64,000 nucleotides of DNA from Eledone cirrhosa (lineage: Eukaryota), in contig OZ024740.1 in assembly GCA_964016885.1 (NCBI GenBank), positions 337,466,001 to 337,530,000 of the forward strand. Reading direction: 5' to 3'. The notes under the pieces are model-generated. The model was not told the origin of the DNA, did no database searches, and saw nothing but the letters and a program-made list of their open reading frames with translations. A program made the translations under genes and the position numbers. Shown here in pieces: positions 38,233 to 50,610 of this stretch; positions within the stretch are counted from its first letter, which is position 1, and every line of letters starts with the position of its first letter.

Positions 38233-38616
38233 TATAGAAATTACATGAATCAAAGTTCTGTTTAAACTATTTATTCGCTTACAATTGTTTCTTCCAAACC
38301 GAGGTTTGGAGTCTTCGGAGCAATTTTTCAATGATTTTTTACATACATGACCTCCTTTTCAACACAAGAGACATACAGAAATATATGTATATATTGACCC
38401 ACAGTGGGGTGACATCCATTATAATATTATAATGGATGTCAACCCACTGTGCATCAATATATACATGTTTCTGTATGTCTCTTGTGTTGGAAAGGAGGTC
38501 ATGTATGTAAAAAATCATTGACAAATTGCTCCGAAGACTCCAAACCTCGGTTTGGAAGAAACAATTGTAAGCGAATAAATGGTTTAAACAGAACTTTGAT
38601 TCATGTAATTTCTATA
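38233..38616. repeat. 384-bp spacerless palindrome with a hammerhead motif in each arm
   Basis: The axis lies between 38425 and 38426 (ccattataat|attataatgg). The arms match apart from scattered substitutions and a 2-nt indel. Confidence 0.95.
38526..38574 (+). ncRNA. Type I hammerhead motif, U4C core variant (mirror copy 38275-38323 on minus strand)
   Basis: ttgct CCGAAGA ctccaaacc tc ggtttggaa GAAA caattg TA agcga. Stems I, II and palindromic III all form, with a GUA triplet. Confidence 0.7.
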
Positions 38617-38789
38617 ATTTCTATATAATTATATATATATATATATACAAATATATCTAATCTGTTATTTTAATAAATATTTGCTCTATGGTTCTTATAT
38701 ATTTGATATATATTTATTCTTATCGAGCCTTCTTTGGATTTTAGTCTTCACATTTATTATTATTATTATTATAAATATATATATATATA

Positions 38790-38908
<119 letters not shown>

Positions 38909-39690
38909 GTATGTATTATACTCTCAGCTGCGCTGATTTGAAACACCCGTATAAGGTTATGATTTTCAGTATTTCTAGTTTATGTTTCCTAAAATTAAAT
39001 TTTGAGTATTGAATATTTGACTTTGTATCTCAAATCAGATTTTATTTGCTTGTATATGCGTATATATGCATGAACCTTGTTATCTATGTATGTACATATG
39101 CATTAAGCCGATTGAGTTCTTTGTTTTTGGCACGAATTCCTTTGTTCAAATCCAACTACCAAAATCTCATGTTATGATCTGAGAGAAATTCTTCCTCTTT
39201 TCATTAGAGACAGTGAGAGAATGCTAGATGGCTTATCCAGTAGTGGGAGCTGGCTCACACTGCACGAAAATATTGCATAATATTATTGGGTAATCCTGCT
39301 GAAGATGTGTAATAGCCCGATTACGTAAATATCCACTGATTTTGCATGATTTTCTGAACATTACAGAAGTAAGATCTGCATTTGTAAAGATATATTCACA
39401 GAAACGATCATCTGGGAAGGAGATGTTTACATCTATCTTTAACTAAAAACACAGCTAACTGTCTACAGTAAACTAAATGTGTGTACTCTGAAGAGTCGAT
39501 TGCAGCTACATAACTGCAATTCACCAGATTCATTGAGTGAGCTAGACGCTGGTCGAGGGACGCTGCATTTACTTTTGTTTTACTTTTGCTTTTTATATAT
39601 ATATGCATGTAAAAGGTAAACAGAAATAACAACACAATCAGTATATGGAAGGGATATATTAGGTTAACACTTGATATAGCAGGAAGAGGG

Positions 39691-39726
39691 TCTTAATATT
39701 TCGGACGCTAGTCTTTCATCAGAAGA
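39691..39726 (-). ncRNA. Minimal hammerhead motif (family A) downstream of a Penelope ORF relic
   Basis: Minus strand reads tctt CTGATGA aagac tagc gtcc GAAA tatt aaga. Confidence 0.7.
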
Positions 39727-40226
39727 AAGAATGAGAAATAAGATAGATTGAGGGGACGGGCAGGATGGAATTGGAAAAAATGTCTTTAGACAAAAATAAC
39801 AGATCCATTCATGTTGACATCTCTTGCAAAACTGTTGGTGCTGGCGTTTTGTGTATGATTTATTTTTTAGAAAAGTGGATGATAGAGCGCGTCTACCTGA
39901 TATGGAAAAAAAAGCTATACTTGAGCACGTACGTAAGCATGTGTTTGTGTGTGTTTGTTTGTGTGTGTGTGTGTGTGTGCTATTATACGTCCGTACGAAG
40001 CTAAGAAGAAATGTGTGTGTATATGTGAGTAAAAGATTGTGTGTGCATGTAAGTACGAAGCTATGAGCAAAAGTATGTTAATATAGGGGTGTGTATGTGT
40101 GTATACAGAGCAGTGATGGGAAAAGTGGAGTGAGCATATATAGTCGGCATGTATTAGTTGTAAGAGAAGCTGCTAATGATCAAGAGAAAGCGATAGGAAT
40201 TTAGGGGTGTGATAATGGACGGGGTA

Positions 40227-40930
40227 TTAGAGAAATTGGGGAGATGAGTTGAGTCCTAGAGGGGAATAGGACCCAAAGCGGTGAATCAGACTTTGTTCAG
40301 TCCTGGTGCGCGGGGCTTGTGATCCATGATGTAAAAGGACACCCAGGACTGAAACATGTGGAAATAAAGGGACAAGTGTTGCAGCGGGAACGGGAAGAAG
40401 GAGGTCGCGGAGGTTGTGGGTGCGCTTAAAAGCAGTAATGGGTGGGTTTGGAAAAAAGCGAGAAGTGACGGGGTCAGAAGAGAGGATACGGAAGGAACGG
40501 AGGATATGTCGCCGGAATGGTAGGGTGATGGAGTGGTAGGTGAGAAGGAAAGGAACCCGGGTGTTGGGAGGGCGGGGGTGAAGTGAGAGGGCTGTGGTGC
40601 GGTCTGTTTCACGTGTGCGGGTGAGAGCAGCTTGGATCAGGGGGGGGGGGGGGGGTATCCACGCTGGATGAAGCCATGCGAAGGGAATATGTTTCGAAAT
40701 CGTCATCCTGGCTATTGAGTCAACGAAGATGGAGGAATTGGGAATAGGGTATGGAGTGTTTGGTGTGGGTTGAATGGGAGGAGGTTTTAGTCGAGGTAAG
40801 ATTGGGAGTCTGTTGATTTAATGAAGATGGAAGTAGAGAGGGTGTGGTGAGAGTGATTAATAGATAGAGAGATATCTAGAAAAGCGACAGAAGAATCGGA
40901 GATGGAGGCGGTGAAATTGAGAGCAGTGTA
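40227..40930 (-). mobile_element. Penelope-like element relic (RT C-terminus, linker, remnant end)
   Basis: Minus strand reads TSIFIKSTDSQSYL..HTKHSIPYSQFL and LLTYH..FPNPPITAFKRTHNLRDLL, which are PLE thumb/linker motifs. Ends SPLGLN. Confidence 0.85.
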
Positions 40931-41258
40931 CATGTGTGTGTGTATATCTAAAGAACTTCAAAGGAGTTGATAATACAACGGTATATAAGGTAAAGAAAAT
41001 TTAAAGCTCAATATAATTTTATAGTCCACAAGCTTATAGATAAAAAAATGAAATTTTTGACAAGGATTATTATTAAAATATGCTTTAATAATAATTCTTG
41101 TCTAAACTTTCATTATATATATATCTAAACGATCTGAGTTCAAATCCCGCCGAGGTTGACTTTGCCTTTCATCCTTACGGGGTCGATAAAATAAAGTACC
41201 AGCAATGCACTGGGTAATTGCTGGCCTTGTGCCTAAAGTAGAAACAATTATATATATA

Positions 41259-41919
41259 TCTAAACTATAATAAAGTAAGGAATGCGGGACTGCGTATGGT
41301 TTATAATTTTTTATCCCATTACTAAAATGAGTTCGATTACTTCTAATAAATAATGAATGAATATTACATAATTCATCTACTAAATTTCGTGGCTGTTGAT
41401 TAAATATATTTTATTGTTTATTTTAAGATTCACTTCTTTAAAATTTTCAAATGTCAACACTTCCAGTTAGCGATCGCTTAAATAAATATTCATTTATTTC
41501 CATCACTAATTTTCTCCTAATGCAGTTTCTATATAATACCGTCTTTTTTTAATGTATCATCGATTACGTTACTCATTACATAACAAAATGTAACACAGTC
41601 TTCGTTCAATTTCTGTGTATATTGTCAATTATGATTTTATTTGATCATATCTACATGCATATATACTTGTGTATAATATCAATATACACACTACACATGC
41701 TAGCAGATATATAATATCGTCTTTTTTTAATGTATCATGGATTACGTTACTGATTACATAAGAGAGTGTAACACAGTCTTCGTTCAATTTCTGTGTATTT
41801 TGTCAATTGCGATTTTATTTGATGTATCATATCTACATGCATATATATTTGCATATAATATCATTATACACACTACACAAGCTAGCAGAAAACCACCCTT
41901 CGGGTAGTTTTTCTGCTAG
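41259..41919 (+). mobile_element. Non-autonomous Helitron with an internal ~178-bp tandem duplication
   Basis: Begins a|TCtaaactataataaag and ends with hairpin aaccaccc-ttc-gggtagtt then CTAG|t. The duplicated blocks are ~41531-41708 and ~41709-41889. Confidence 0.75.
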
Positions 41920-42184
41920 TATATATAATAATAGTAATAAACGAAAGATATATACTTTATACCATCACTATTTAGTTCATTATATGTATTTCGAGGATGC
42001 AAAAATTTATGTTTAACATAAATCAGGGCATGCTCTCATCAGACAAAATAGATATGAGATGTATAATTTTTTCATGATATACCAGAAACCAACGATCTTA
42101 ATAGATCAGTGGCAAGCAAGTATATGAGTCGCAAAAATTTCAAAATTTCTTAGGATGTCATATCAAGTATGTCTTTAAATCATT

Positions 42185-42228
<44 letters not shown>

Positions 42229-42379
42229 TCTGTGAAAACTACAACACTATTGTAATTGGAATTTTACCCATTGGATTAAACCTTGGTAAAGAAAACAAAT
42301 GTTATTTATTTCATCTGTAAAACAATGATAACTAATAGTTTATGTAATTCGTTTTCACTACCCTTTGTATCTTTTGTAG

Positions 42380-42661
42380 TTATGTATCACACTGAATAAT
42401 ATTCAGCATGTTAGTTCCTACTTAGACAATTTGAAACATGACCTTGAATGGGAGAAAACAGCTGCAGCAATGTCAGAGCACCATGAGTCTGAAGAAATTG
42501 GTGAGAAATGTCTGGACACTCTGTACCGACTCACTCAAAACTGCAAGGAGGAAATTGCTTTGAAAAGTGAACTTTTGGTGCAGGAAGTAGTTGGTAGGAT
42601 GGCTGAGGACATCAGAAAAAAGATGGAGTTATTCACAAGGAAAGATTGGAAGAAAACATCG
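42380..42661 (+). CDS. Coding exon of the Munc13-4/BAIAP3-like gene; LCITLNNIQHVSSYLDNLKHDLEWEK...KDWKKTS
   Basis: Acceptor ctttgtatcttttgtag and donor gtatgt. The exon is 282 nt, open, phase 0/0, overlaps ORF 42431..42775, and has helical MUN-domain character. Confidence 0.9.
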
Positions 42662-43748
42662 GTATGTAATTTCCTTTGTCTTCACAAACACATACACATA
42701 CAAAATAAACATACATACTCACACACACACACACATATATATATATATGTATATCATGTTTTTATATCTAACTAGCAGAGAACATGGACATTAAATAATG
42801 ATGATGATGATGACACCCCACAAATATATATATATATATGTATGTATACAAAAAGTAAATGGAAACAACAAAACAAACGACACAGTACATTGATGAAATA
42901 TATTAGTTTAACGCTTAATATAGTAGGAAAATAGTCTTTACATTTTGGACACTACTTCATCATCAGATGGTAGAATGAGAAATAAAAGATGAAATAGAAA
43001 GATAGAGAGGAAGAAGAGGAAGAAATAAAAAAAAATTTGTTTGAGTAAAAGGATTTCTCTAAAATCAACCATTTTATGGAAATGCTGGTTGGGTTGTATC
43101 TCAGGTATTAGAGAGGTTTAGAAAGGGAGAAAAATATATTTTTGCGTGGACATGTGTGTGTGTGCGTGCGTGCATATATGCAGGTGTGTGTGTTTAAGTG
43201 AGTGTGTATGCAGGCATTTGTGTGTGTAGGGTTGTTTGTTTGAGCAAAGGTGTGAAAAATGAATTTTGGACCGCAGCCAAGCTGGCTATTGTGAGAGTGT
43301 AGAGATGTGAGTGAGTGCATATGCATGAACTGGTCAATGTAAGGAGGTAAACAAATAGGTATGTGAAATTATGCATACATATATATACATAAACACACAG
43401 ATACAATCACAAGTTGTAGAGAAAGAGAGGTCATAGCACAGAAAAATCGAGCTTTGTTTTATGGCCATAAGAGAGACTGCATGCGCGTGTGTGTATATAT
43501 ATATATATCATCATCATCACCGTTTTCGTCCATTCTTCCATGCTAGCATGGGTTTCATGTGTTGTCCTGTTGTGGGCAATGCCAGGTCAGGTGCTTTGTC
43601 TTGCTCATACGAGAACTGATTTTGGCTTGATTTCTACAGCTGGATGCCCTTCTTAACACGAACCTCATTTACAGTGAGTACTGGGTGCTTTTTTACTGTG
43701 GTACCTACATGACCACACACACACATATATATATGTATATATTTATAT

Positions 43749-43781
<33 letters not shown>

Positions 43782-44186
43782 CACACATATATATGCATAT
43801 ATATATATAATTAACATTAAATTAAAAGTCGATTGACATATATATATAAAATAAACACAGCAGTTACAGGGGATAATTTGTAAAGAGTGTAAACTCACAT
43901 AGTTACTGAGGTAACATTAAAAATTAACAAGAACCTTGAATATTGCAATAATGATTAATCTCCTTTTTACATATTCCATTGAAGAAATATATCTCACCAT
44001 TAATCGGTGAATCATAGATGTCAAATCTTGGATCACCGACAAAGGAGAAGATTTAACTATCTATGATTTCACGCTAAAAGCAAATCAGGATATAACGACA
44101 AAAAGCATGTAGTTTAAAAAAAAAAAATCAGCCCACCATCAAGGCATCTTTAATCTAATTTTGGTAGTATATATATATATACATAC

Positions 44187-44297
<111 letters not shown>

Positions 44298-44617
44298 TAT
44301 ATATATATATATATGATTATATACTATAAATTATGTCCATAGAATCATTTGATAAGATAAATACTCCATTTCCTCTCCCAATTAGCATAATCAACCACAC
44401 AAAAAACCAATTAAACCAGGCTATAAGATTAAAAGGCACCTATGAATAAATAATAGATAAATAAACGACAGCCATCTATTCGCGATCAACAGCTATAGAA
44501 TATTTACCCAGCATTTCAATAGCACGTGAAAATCGATTAAATATATCGTTAACCATACACAATTAGGTATAAAATTAAAGTTAGAAGAAAAAATGCATAT
44601 ACACATACCAGGATCAC

Positions 44618-44685
44618 GTTTCTACCCTTTAGGGTTTTGTTCGCTTTCGGAAATATCCTATCAAGCTTCGAACTCATCAGGAAAC
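44618..44685 (-). ncRNA. Type I hammerhead motif with a G12A core substitution (likely inactive)
   Basis: Minus strand reads gtttc CTGATGA gttcg..cgaac AAAA ccct aa aggg TA gaaac. All three stems pair. Confidence 0.75.
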
Positions 44686-45088
44686 AAACTCACTTGGACG
44701 AAGATTTTTCTCAAATGATCCCCGCCAGAAACGAATTCAAAATGGCTAAGAACTGTGACGTGGCAGTGGTCAAGTCAGAAAGAATGTGATTAGTGCTTTA
44801 CGGCGAGTGGGCTGGTTGCTAGAAAGCGCAGCCTAATATTGCCTAAATTGCATCTCAACCTTATGGGAGATTATCAAATATAAAGATTTACATATACACA
44901 AACTTGACAAAGTCATAGATATATATGTTTTTGGCAACCATTCACAATGTGGCTCAATGATGAATTAATAAATTAAATAATCAGAACAATATACTATAAA
45001 TTATGTCCATAGAATATATACATATGCAATTATATATATATGATTATATATATATATACATATGCATATATATATATACAGACAGACA

Positions 45089-45604
45089 TGTATTGGAATT
45101 TCGTATTCGAAAGAAAAATGGTATGTTTAAAATAAACATTTAGAAAGCCATAGCTATGCAGAAACACTGGCAGCTATCACTGCCTGGCAATGTCCAGCAG
45201 AAGCAAGGGGGACAATCGTCGATGCATTTCGAACTGAACTGGTTCTCATCAAGATTATCCCTCTCACTCTTGCAACTGCTCGACTTTGGAAACAGGCGAG
45301 AATATATAGTTTTCTCATCTGTGTAAATGAGGTGATTAATCTCATTTGCATATGAAGCTGTCTAAGTTGGTACAACTTATAATAGAATAGAATTAGAATT
45401 TAGCACTGTTTTCAAAGTTCAGCAGTGCAAGAGTGGGAGGGATAAGAACCAGTTCAGTTTGAAATGCATCGACGATTGTTCCCCTTACTTCTGCTGGACA
45501 CTGCTGGTTGCTGATAGCTGCCAGTGTTTCTGCATAGTTATGGCTTTCTAAATGTTTATTTATAAACATACCGTATTTCTTTAGAAATATGAAATTCCAA
45601 TACA
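45089..45604. mobile_element. Fold-back/MITE-like element with ~205-bp imperfect inverted arms
   Basis: tgtattggaatttc..ctttggaaacag (45089-45296) versus ctgttttcaaag..gaaattccaataca (45406-45604). Confidence 0.8.
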
Positions 45605-46334
45605 ACTAAGCTCAAAGCTAAATTCTAATTATATATATATATATGTGTGCATGTGTATGTGTGTGTATATATATATACAGGCGCATGGCTTAGTGGTTAG
45701 AGTATTGGGCTTGCAATCGAAAGGTTGTGAGTTCAATTCTTGGACCGGGTGATGTGTTGTTTCCTTGAGAAAGGCACTTTATCTCACATTGCTCCAGTTT
45801 ATTCAGCTGTAGAAATGAGATGATAGGACTGGGGTCCCTATCATTCCACAGCAAAGTGGTTGTGGATGTGCCACGGCAAAAAAGCACCTAGCCCACACTG
45901 TAAAGTGGACGTGTAGGCTCCACAGAAAAAAAAGCACCCAGCACTCACTGTAAATGAGGTTGGTGTTAGGAAGGGCATCCAGCTGTAGGAATCAAATGAG
46001 CAAGACAAGGTCAGCCGACCGGACACTGCCCACAACAGGACAACCCGTCTAACCCATGCTAGTGTGGAAGAACGAATGTAAAACGGTGATGATGATGATG
46101 ATATATATATATATATATTTCATCATTTTACGTCCACTTTTCCCTGCTTTCAAGGGTGGGACGGGAACTGATTCTGGCTTGATTTCTACAGCTGGATGCC
46201 CTTCCTAACACCAACCTCATTTACAGTGAGTGCTGGGTGCTTTTTTGCCGTGGCACCTCCACGACCACTTTGCAGTGGAACGATAGGGACCCCAGTCCCA
46301 TCATCTCATTTCTACAGCTGAGTAAACTGGAGCA

Positions 46335-46403
<69 letters not shown>

Positions 46404-46543
46404 CACAAAGATGAATATATAAATATATAGCAAATATTATAAGTATAGATGTCATCTATGACAGGATAATATCGGCCGCCTCTGTGAGGGAAGTTATGGA
46501 CTATTTGAAAAAAGTCATTATAAGTATAGAAAGAGAGTTGTCC

Positions 46544-46588
<45 letters not shown>

Positions 46589-46589
<1 letters not shown>

Positions 46590-46844
46590 TTTTCTTTATT
46601 AACCACAAGGGTTTACATAAAGTAGACATTAAGGACAGTGCAGGACAATACAGGACGGTACAAATGGGCATTTCTGCGTGTAAAAAACAAAAACAGAGGG
46701 TGTAACAAAAAATAACAATGAAAAATTCCCCAATAGGGGGGAGACTTCAGAGGGATATTTGTGGAGAAAGCCCAGTAAAAAGCCACAATGACCCTGACCA
46801 CCAAGGCAAGTGCCCTCTCCCAGTTTTCCACCTTTAATTTACAG
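46589..46844 (-). mobile_element. 3' UTR-only Tx1-like fragment inside (AAT)n
   Basis: Minus strand starts ctgtaa and ends cccttgtggttaataaagaaaac, resembling the 28480-28697 Tx1 end. (aat)n lies on both sides. Confidence 0.6.
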
Positions 46845-46959
46845 ATAATAATAATAATAATAAATTTATATTTTCTTGAGAAACCCCTCCTTTATACTTC
46901 ACATCGTCTATAAATTCCCTCACTAAAATTTCCTACATTATATTGTCATAGATTGTATG

Positions 46960-47078
46960 ATTTACGGCCATATCACGCTGAAAACACCGGTTCTCGTCCG
47001 ATCACCGAAGTTAAGCAACGTAGAGCCTAGTTAGTACTTAGATGGGTGACCGCTTGGGAACCCTAGGTGCCGTAAGCA
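46960..47078 (+). rRNA. 5S rRNA sequence, probably a retroposed pseudogene
   Basis: ttacggccatatcacgctgaaaacaccggttctcgtccgatcaccgaagttaagc...gatgggtgaccgcttgggaaccctaggtgccgtaagc, about 119 nt. It is a single copy with an A-rich tail and no oligo-T terminator. Confidence 0.92.
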
Positions 47079-48559
47079 AAATAAAAAATTAAAAAATGCC
47101 GCTGGATTGTCAGTATCGGTAGAGGGTCGGACACTATGATGTGACGCATAGAGTTACGCCCCTTGCCATTCTGAGTTCAAATCACGCCGAGGTTAACTTT
47201 GTCTTTCATCCTTACAGGGTCGATAAAATAAAGTACCAGTAATGTACTGGGTATTTGATGGCCTTGTACCAAAAGTAGAAACAATTAATTTATCTATTCC
47301 TCTTGCGGTTACCTACCCATATTTGTGTGTTGTGTTGATTATAGCAATTTCCCTGCCCTGTTGTAGTATATATATATTTCGTTGTTTCCTTCTCCAATGA
47401 GTTATTAAGACCTGATCTGGACCGAGGTTTTCTTGTTCAGCGTCTATTGTGCTTCTAACCCGAATACCTAGTATCCTCTAGCTACTATTGATACACTAGA
47501 AATAATTGTTTCTACTTTTGGCACAAGGCCAGCAAATTTCCCCAGTGCATTACTGGTACTTTATTTTATCGACCCCGTAAGGATGAAAGGCAAAGTTAAC
47601 CTCGGCGGGATTTGAACTCAGAATAGCAAGGGCCGTAACTATATGCGTCAAAGCATGGCGTCCGACCCTCTCCCGATACTGCCAATAATAATCCTGGTGA
47701 GTGTGTGTATGTTGTTTTTAATTCTTCTTTGTGAGTATGTATATATATGTGTTGTTGGAGTGGTGTATATATTATTTGTAGTGGTGTGTATGTGTCTGGG
47801 TGTATTAACATTGTATGTTGTGCGTGTTTTGTCTGTGTGTGTATCAAATATAAATAAAATATTTTCAATAAATGTAGTAAAAACAAAACTTAATTCCAAA
47901 AGGTATAATAGCTGAAGTTAAAATATACATTATAACGGCAGTTATATCATGATAGTTACACATCAAATGTGTGTGTACATGTGCAGATTGTGTGTGTGTG
48001 TATCTACATGTGTGTTTATTAGTAAATGTGTTAAAGTTTTTGTAATGTATCTAAATTTAGTGCATGTGTGTCTGTATGCATGTGGATGGAATAAGGGTGT
48101 GGGGTCTGGTGGGAAGGGCAGATTATAAGAAGAGGGGTAGCGTATTCAGGCCGTAAAGGGTGGAAGTTTGCAAAAAAAAAAAAAAATGAACTGTTGTTCC
48201 CTTTGGAGGTGATAGTCCAAGGATCCGGTGCAGGATGCAATGGCAAAGACTATGAGATGGCACGTGGAATGGCCAGTAAAGCGGAAATGTCAGGTGACCA
48301 GAGACAGGTTGCTGACCCAGATGTCCCGAAGATGCTCAACAAATCTGTTGGGCAGTTGATGGCCAGTTTTATCAATTTAGACTGCTTCAACTAGTGTGCA
48401 CCAGAGCCCATATATAAAGATTAGTTGACTTCCAAAGCAATGAAAAATTTGAAATTTGAAAATATTTGTCACAATAATCCCAAATTATTTCCCTACTACC
48501 TTTGGTTATCAACTAATATTATAGTTATCTGCATTGTGTCAAATATATGTCTACGTCTG

Positions 48560-48595
<36 letters not shown>

Positions 48596-49320
48596 AGGAG
48601 AATGTTTCATGTGCCACTCTGCACATTGCTGTTTTGTCTCTGGATTATATTCGAACACTCATGATTCATCTCTTGTTATTACTTTATCCAAACAATTTGG
48701 CTTAATTTCGAGTCTTTCAAACAAATCCTGATAAATTTCCAACCAGTTCACTTTTTGCTCAACAGACAAGTGTTTGGGCACTAGTTTTGCACATATTTTT
48801 CATGTGTGCAAATGGTATTTTAAAAGTCTGTGAAATGCATTTTTATTCAAATCCGTTTCTTCTGCAATCATCCTAACACTTAATCGACGATCTTTCACTA
48901 TCATTGCTTGCACCATTTTCACATTTTGTTCATTTGTTGACGAGATTCATCTTCCAGACTGAGGTATGTTTTCAACATTTTCTTGATCCTCTTTAAAATC
49001 TTTGTGCCACTTAAAAACCTTACTTCTCGATAGAGTGGCATCTCCATAAGCTTGTGTTAAAGAATTAAATGTTTCAGTGGCTGATTTGTTGAGTTTCACA
49101 CAAAATTTAATCGTGTGATGTTGTTTGATATTTTGTTAAATCACAATTGTAACAGCGGCTATAAACACGTTTGTACATAAACAGCAATAAGTCATGGCTA
49201 ACTCAATCGATCATGTTGGAAAAAGTATGTAAGTACAGCCAAGATATAACAACGATGTGCTGCGTTACCATGTTGTATATAGGGAAATTATTACTCTTAC
49301 TTTTGGGACAAACATCGTAT
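48596..49320 (-). mobile_element. Mariner transposon relic (left end and N-terminal half of transposase, with stops)
   Basis: Minus strand reads IKFCVKLNKSATETF..AYGDATLSRSKVFKWHKDF..DRRLSVRMIAEE..KLVPKHL..VITRDES*. End sequence tacgatgtttgtcccaaaagtaa. Confidence 0.88.
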
Positions 49321-49599
49321 ATATATATATACCTGGAGTTGCGACCGATAGATAGTATTAGCAATTGGAAAGACCGACGAAAACATTGCTTCCTCAGTCC
49401 GATTTGACGAAAGTCGATCGTTCCTTTTTTATATATATATATATATATGTATATATATACATACATGAGGGACCACCCATGTAAACTCTCATATCTGAAG
49501 CTGTGTCGATTAAGAGTCGGGATCTGATCGCCTGATCAAACCCAAGCTGATCGATATAGAAACAATTGTAATACGAAATAAAGTTTCACAAAAAGCTGC

Positions 49600-49761
<162 letters not shown>

Positions 49762-50199
49762 TCAGAGAGAGATTTTTGTTAATTTCATGCCTCTCTGGTG
49801 CGAAACTTCAAGTTATAGAAAAGTATTCAACTTTAACCATAATAAATATTTATTTTACTTGACATACTGAGTAATCTTTACTTTGTACTACTTGTTGCCA
49901 ATCTACCACACATACATACATACACACATACATACACATATACATACATACATACATACATACATACATACATACATACATTCATATACACATACATACA
50001 TTCATTCATTCACGTACACATACAAGCATCCATATATATACATGCATGCATACACACATACATATAGACACACAAACATACATATAGACACACAATCATA
50101 CATACATACACACGTACATATACACATACATACATTCATACAAACATACAAACATCCATAGATATACACATACATGCATACATACATACATGTATACAT

Positions 50200-50610
50200 G
50201 GTGGCTGCCAACTCGTTTTCGAGTACGGCCACTACTTTATATCCATGTAGGAGAACCCCTACCGATGCGCTGAACGAGTGTGACTTTTTAGTCCAGCCTG
50301 CGACATGAAAACTCTGGTACAAACACTACACTTGTGAAAATTATTGACACATAGTGCTGGGCCCATGGTACCATGTGACGACAAGTGCAGAGAGATCTCC
50401 AGATATAAAGCAATGCCTGTGCCATGAAGCTTTTATAGTGAGCAAAGGCACTGCACAAAGCCAGTCCCACTCTCTTAACTAAGATGATATTTACCAAAAA
50501 GAAGAACAAGTCAACATCTTTGGATACCATCAGGGTTGCAGGTGTTATATCAGAGTTTTCTTTCTCCTAGAATTCTGCCTTGACAAAGGCTAAGGGGTCA
50601 TCTCTCCCGG
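50200..50610 (-). mobile_element. 5'-truncated copy of the (TATG)-associated RTE-derived element
   Basis: Reverse complement of ~2451-2861, embedded in (CATA)n. Confidence 0.85.

Noticed and set aside
44005-44092. Minus-strand CTGAT..GAAA with a long potential stem III
   Set aside because: The core reads CTGATTT and no stem I forms.
46455-46545. VREVMDYLKK peptide resembling the expected next MUN-domain exon
   Set aside because: No polypyrimidine acceptor or donor, it runs into (AAT)n, and it is bounded by a 14-bp direct repeat (attataagtataga).
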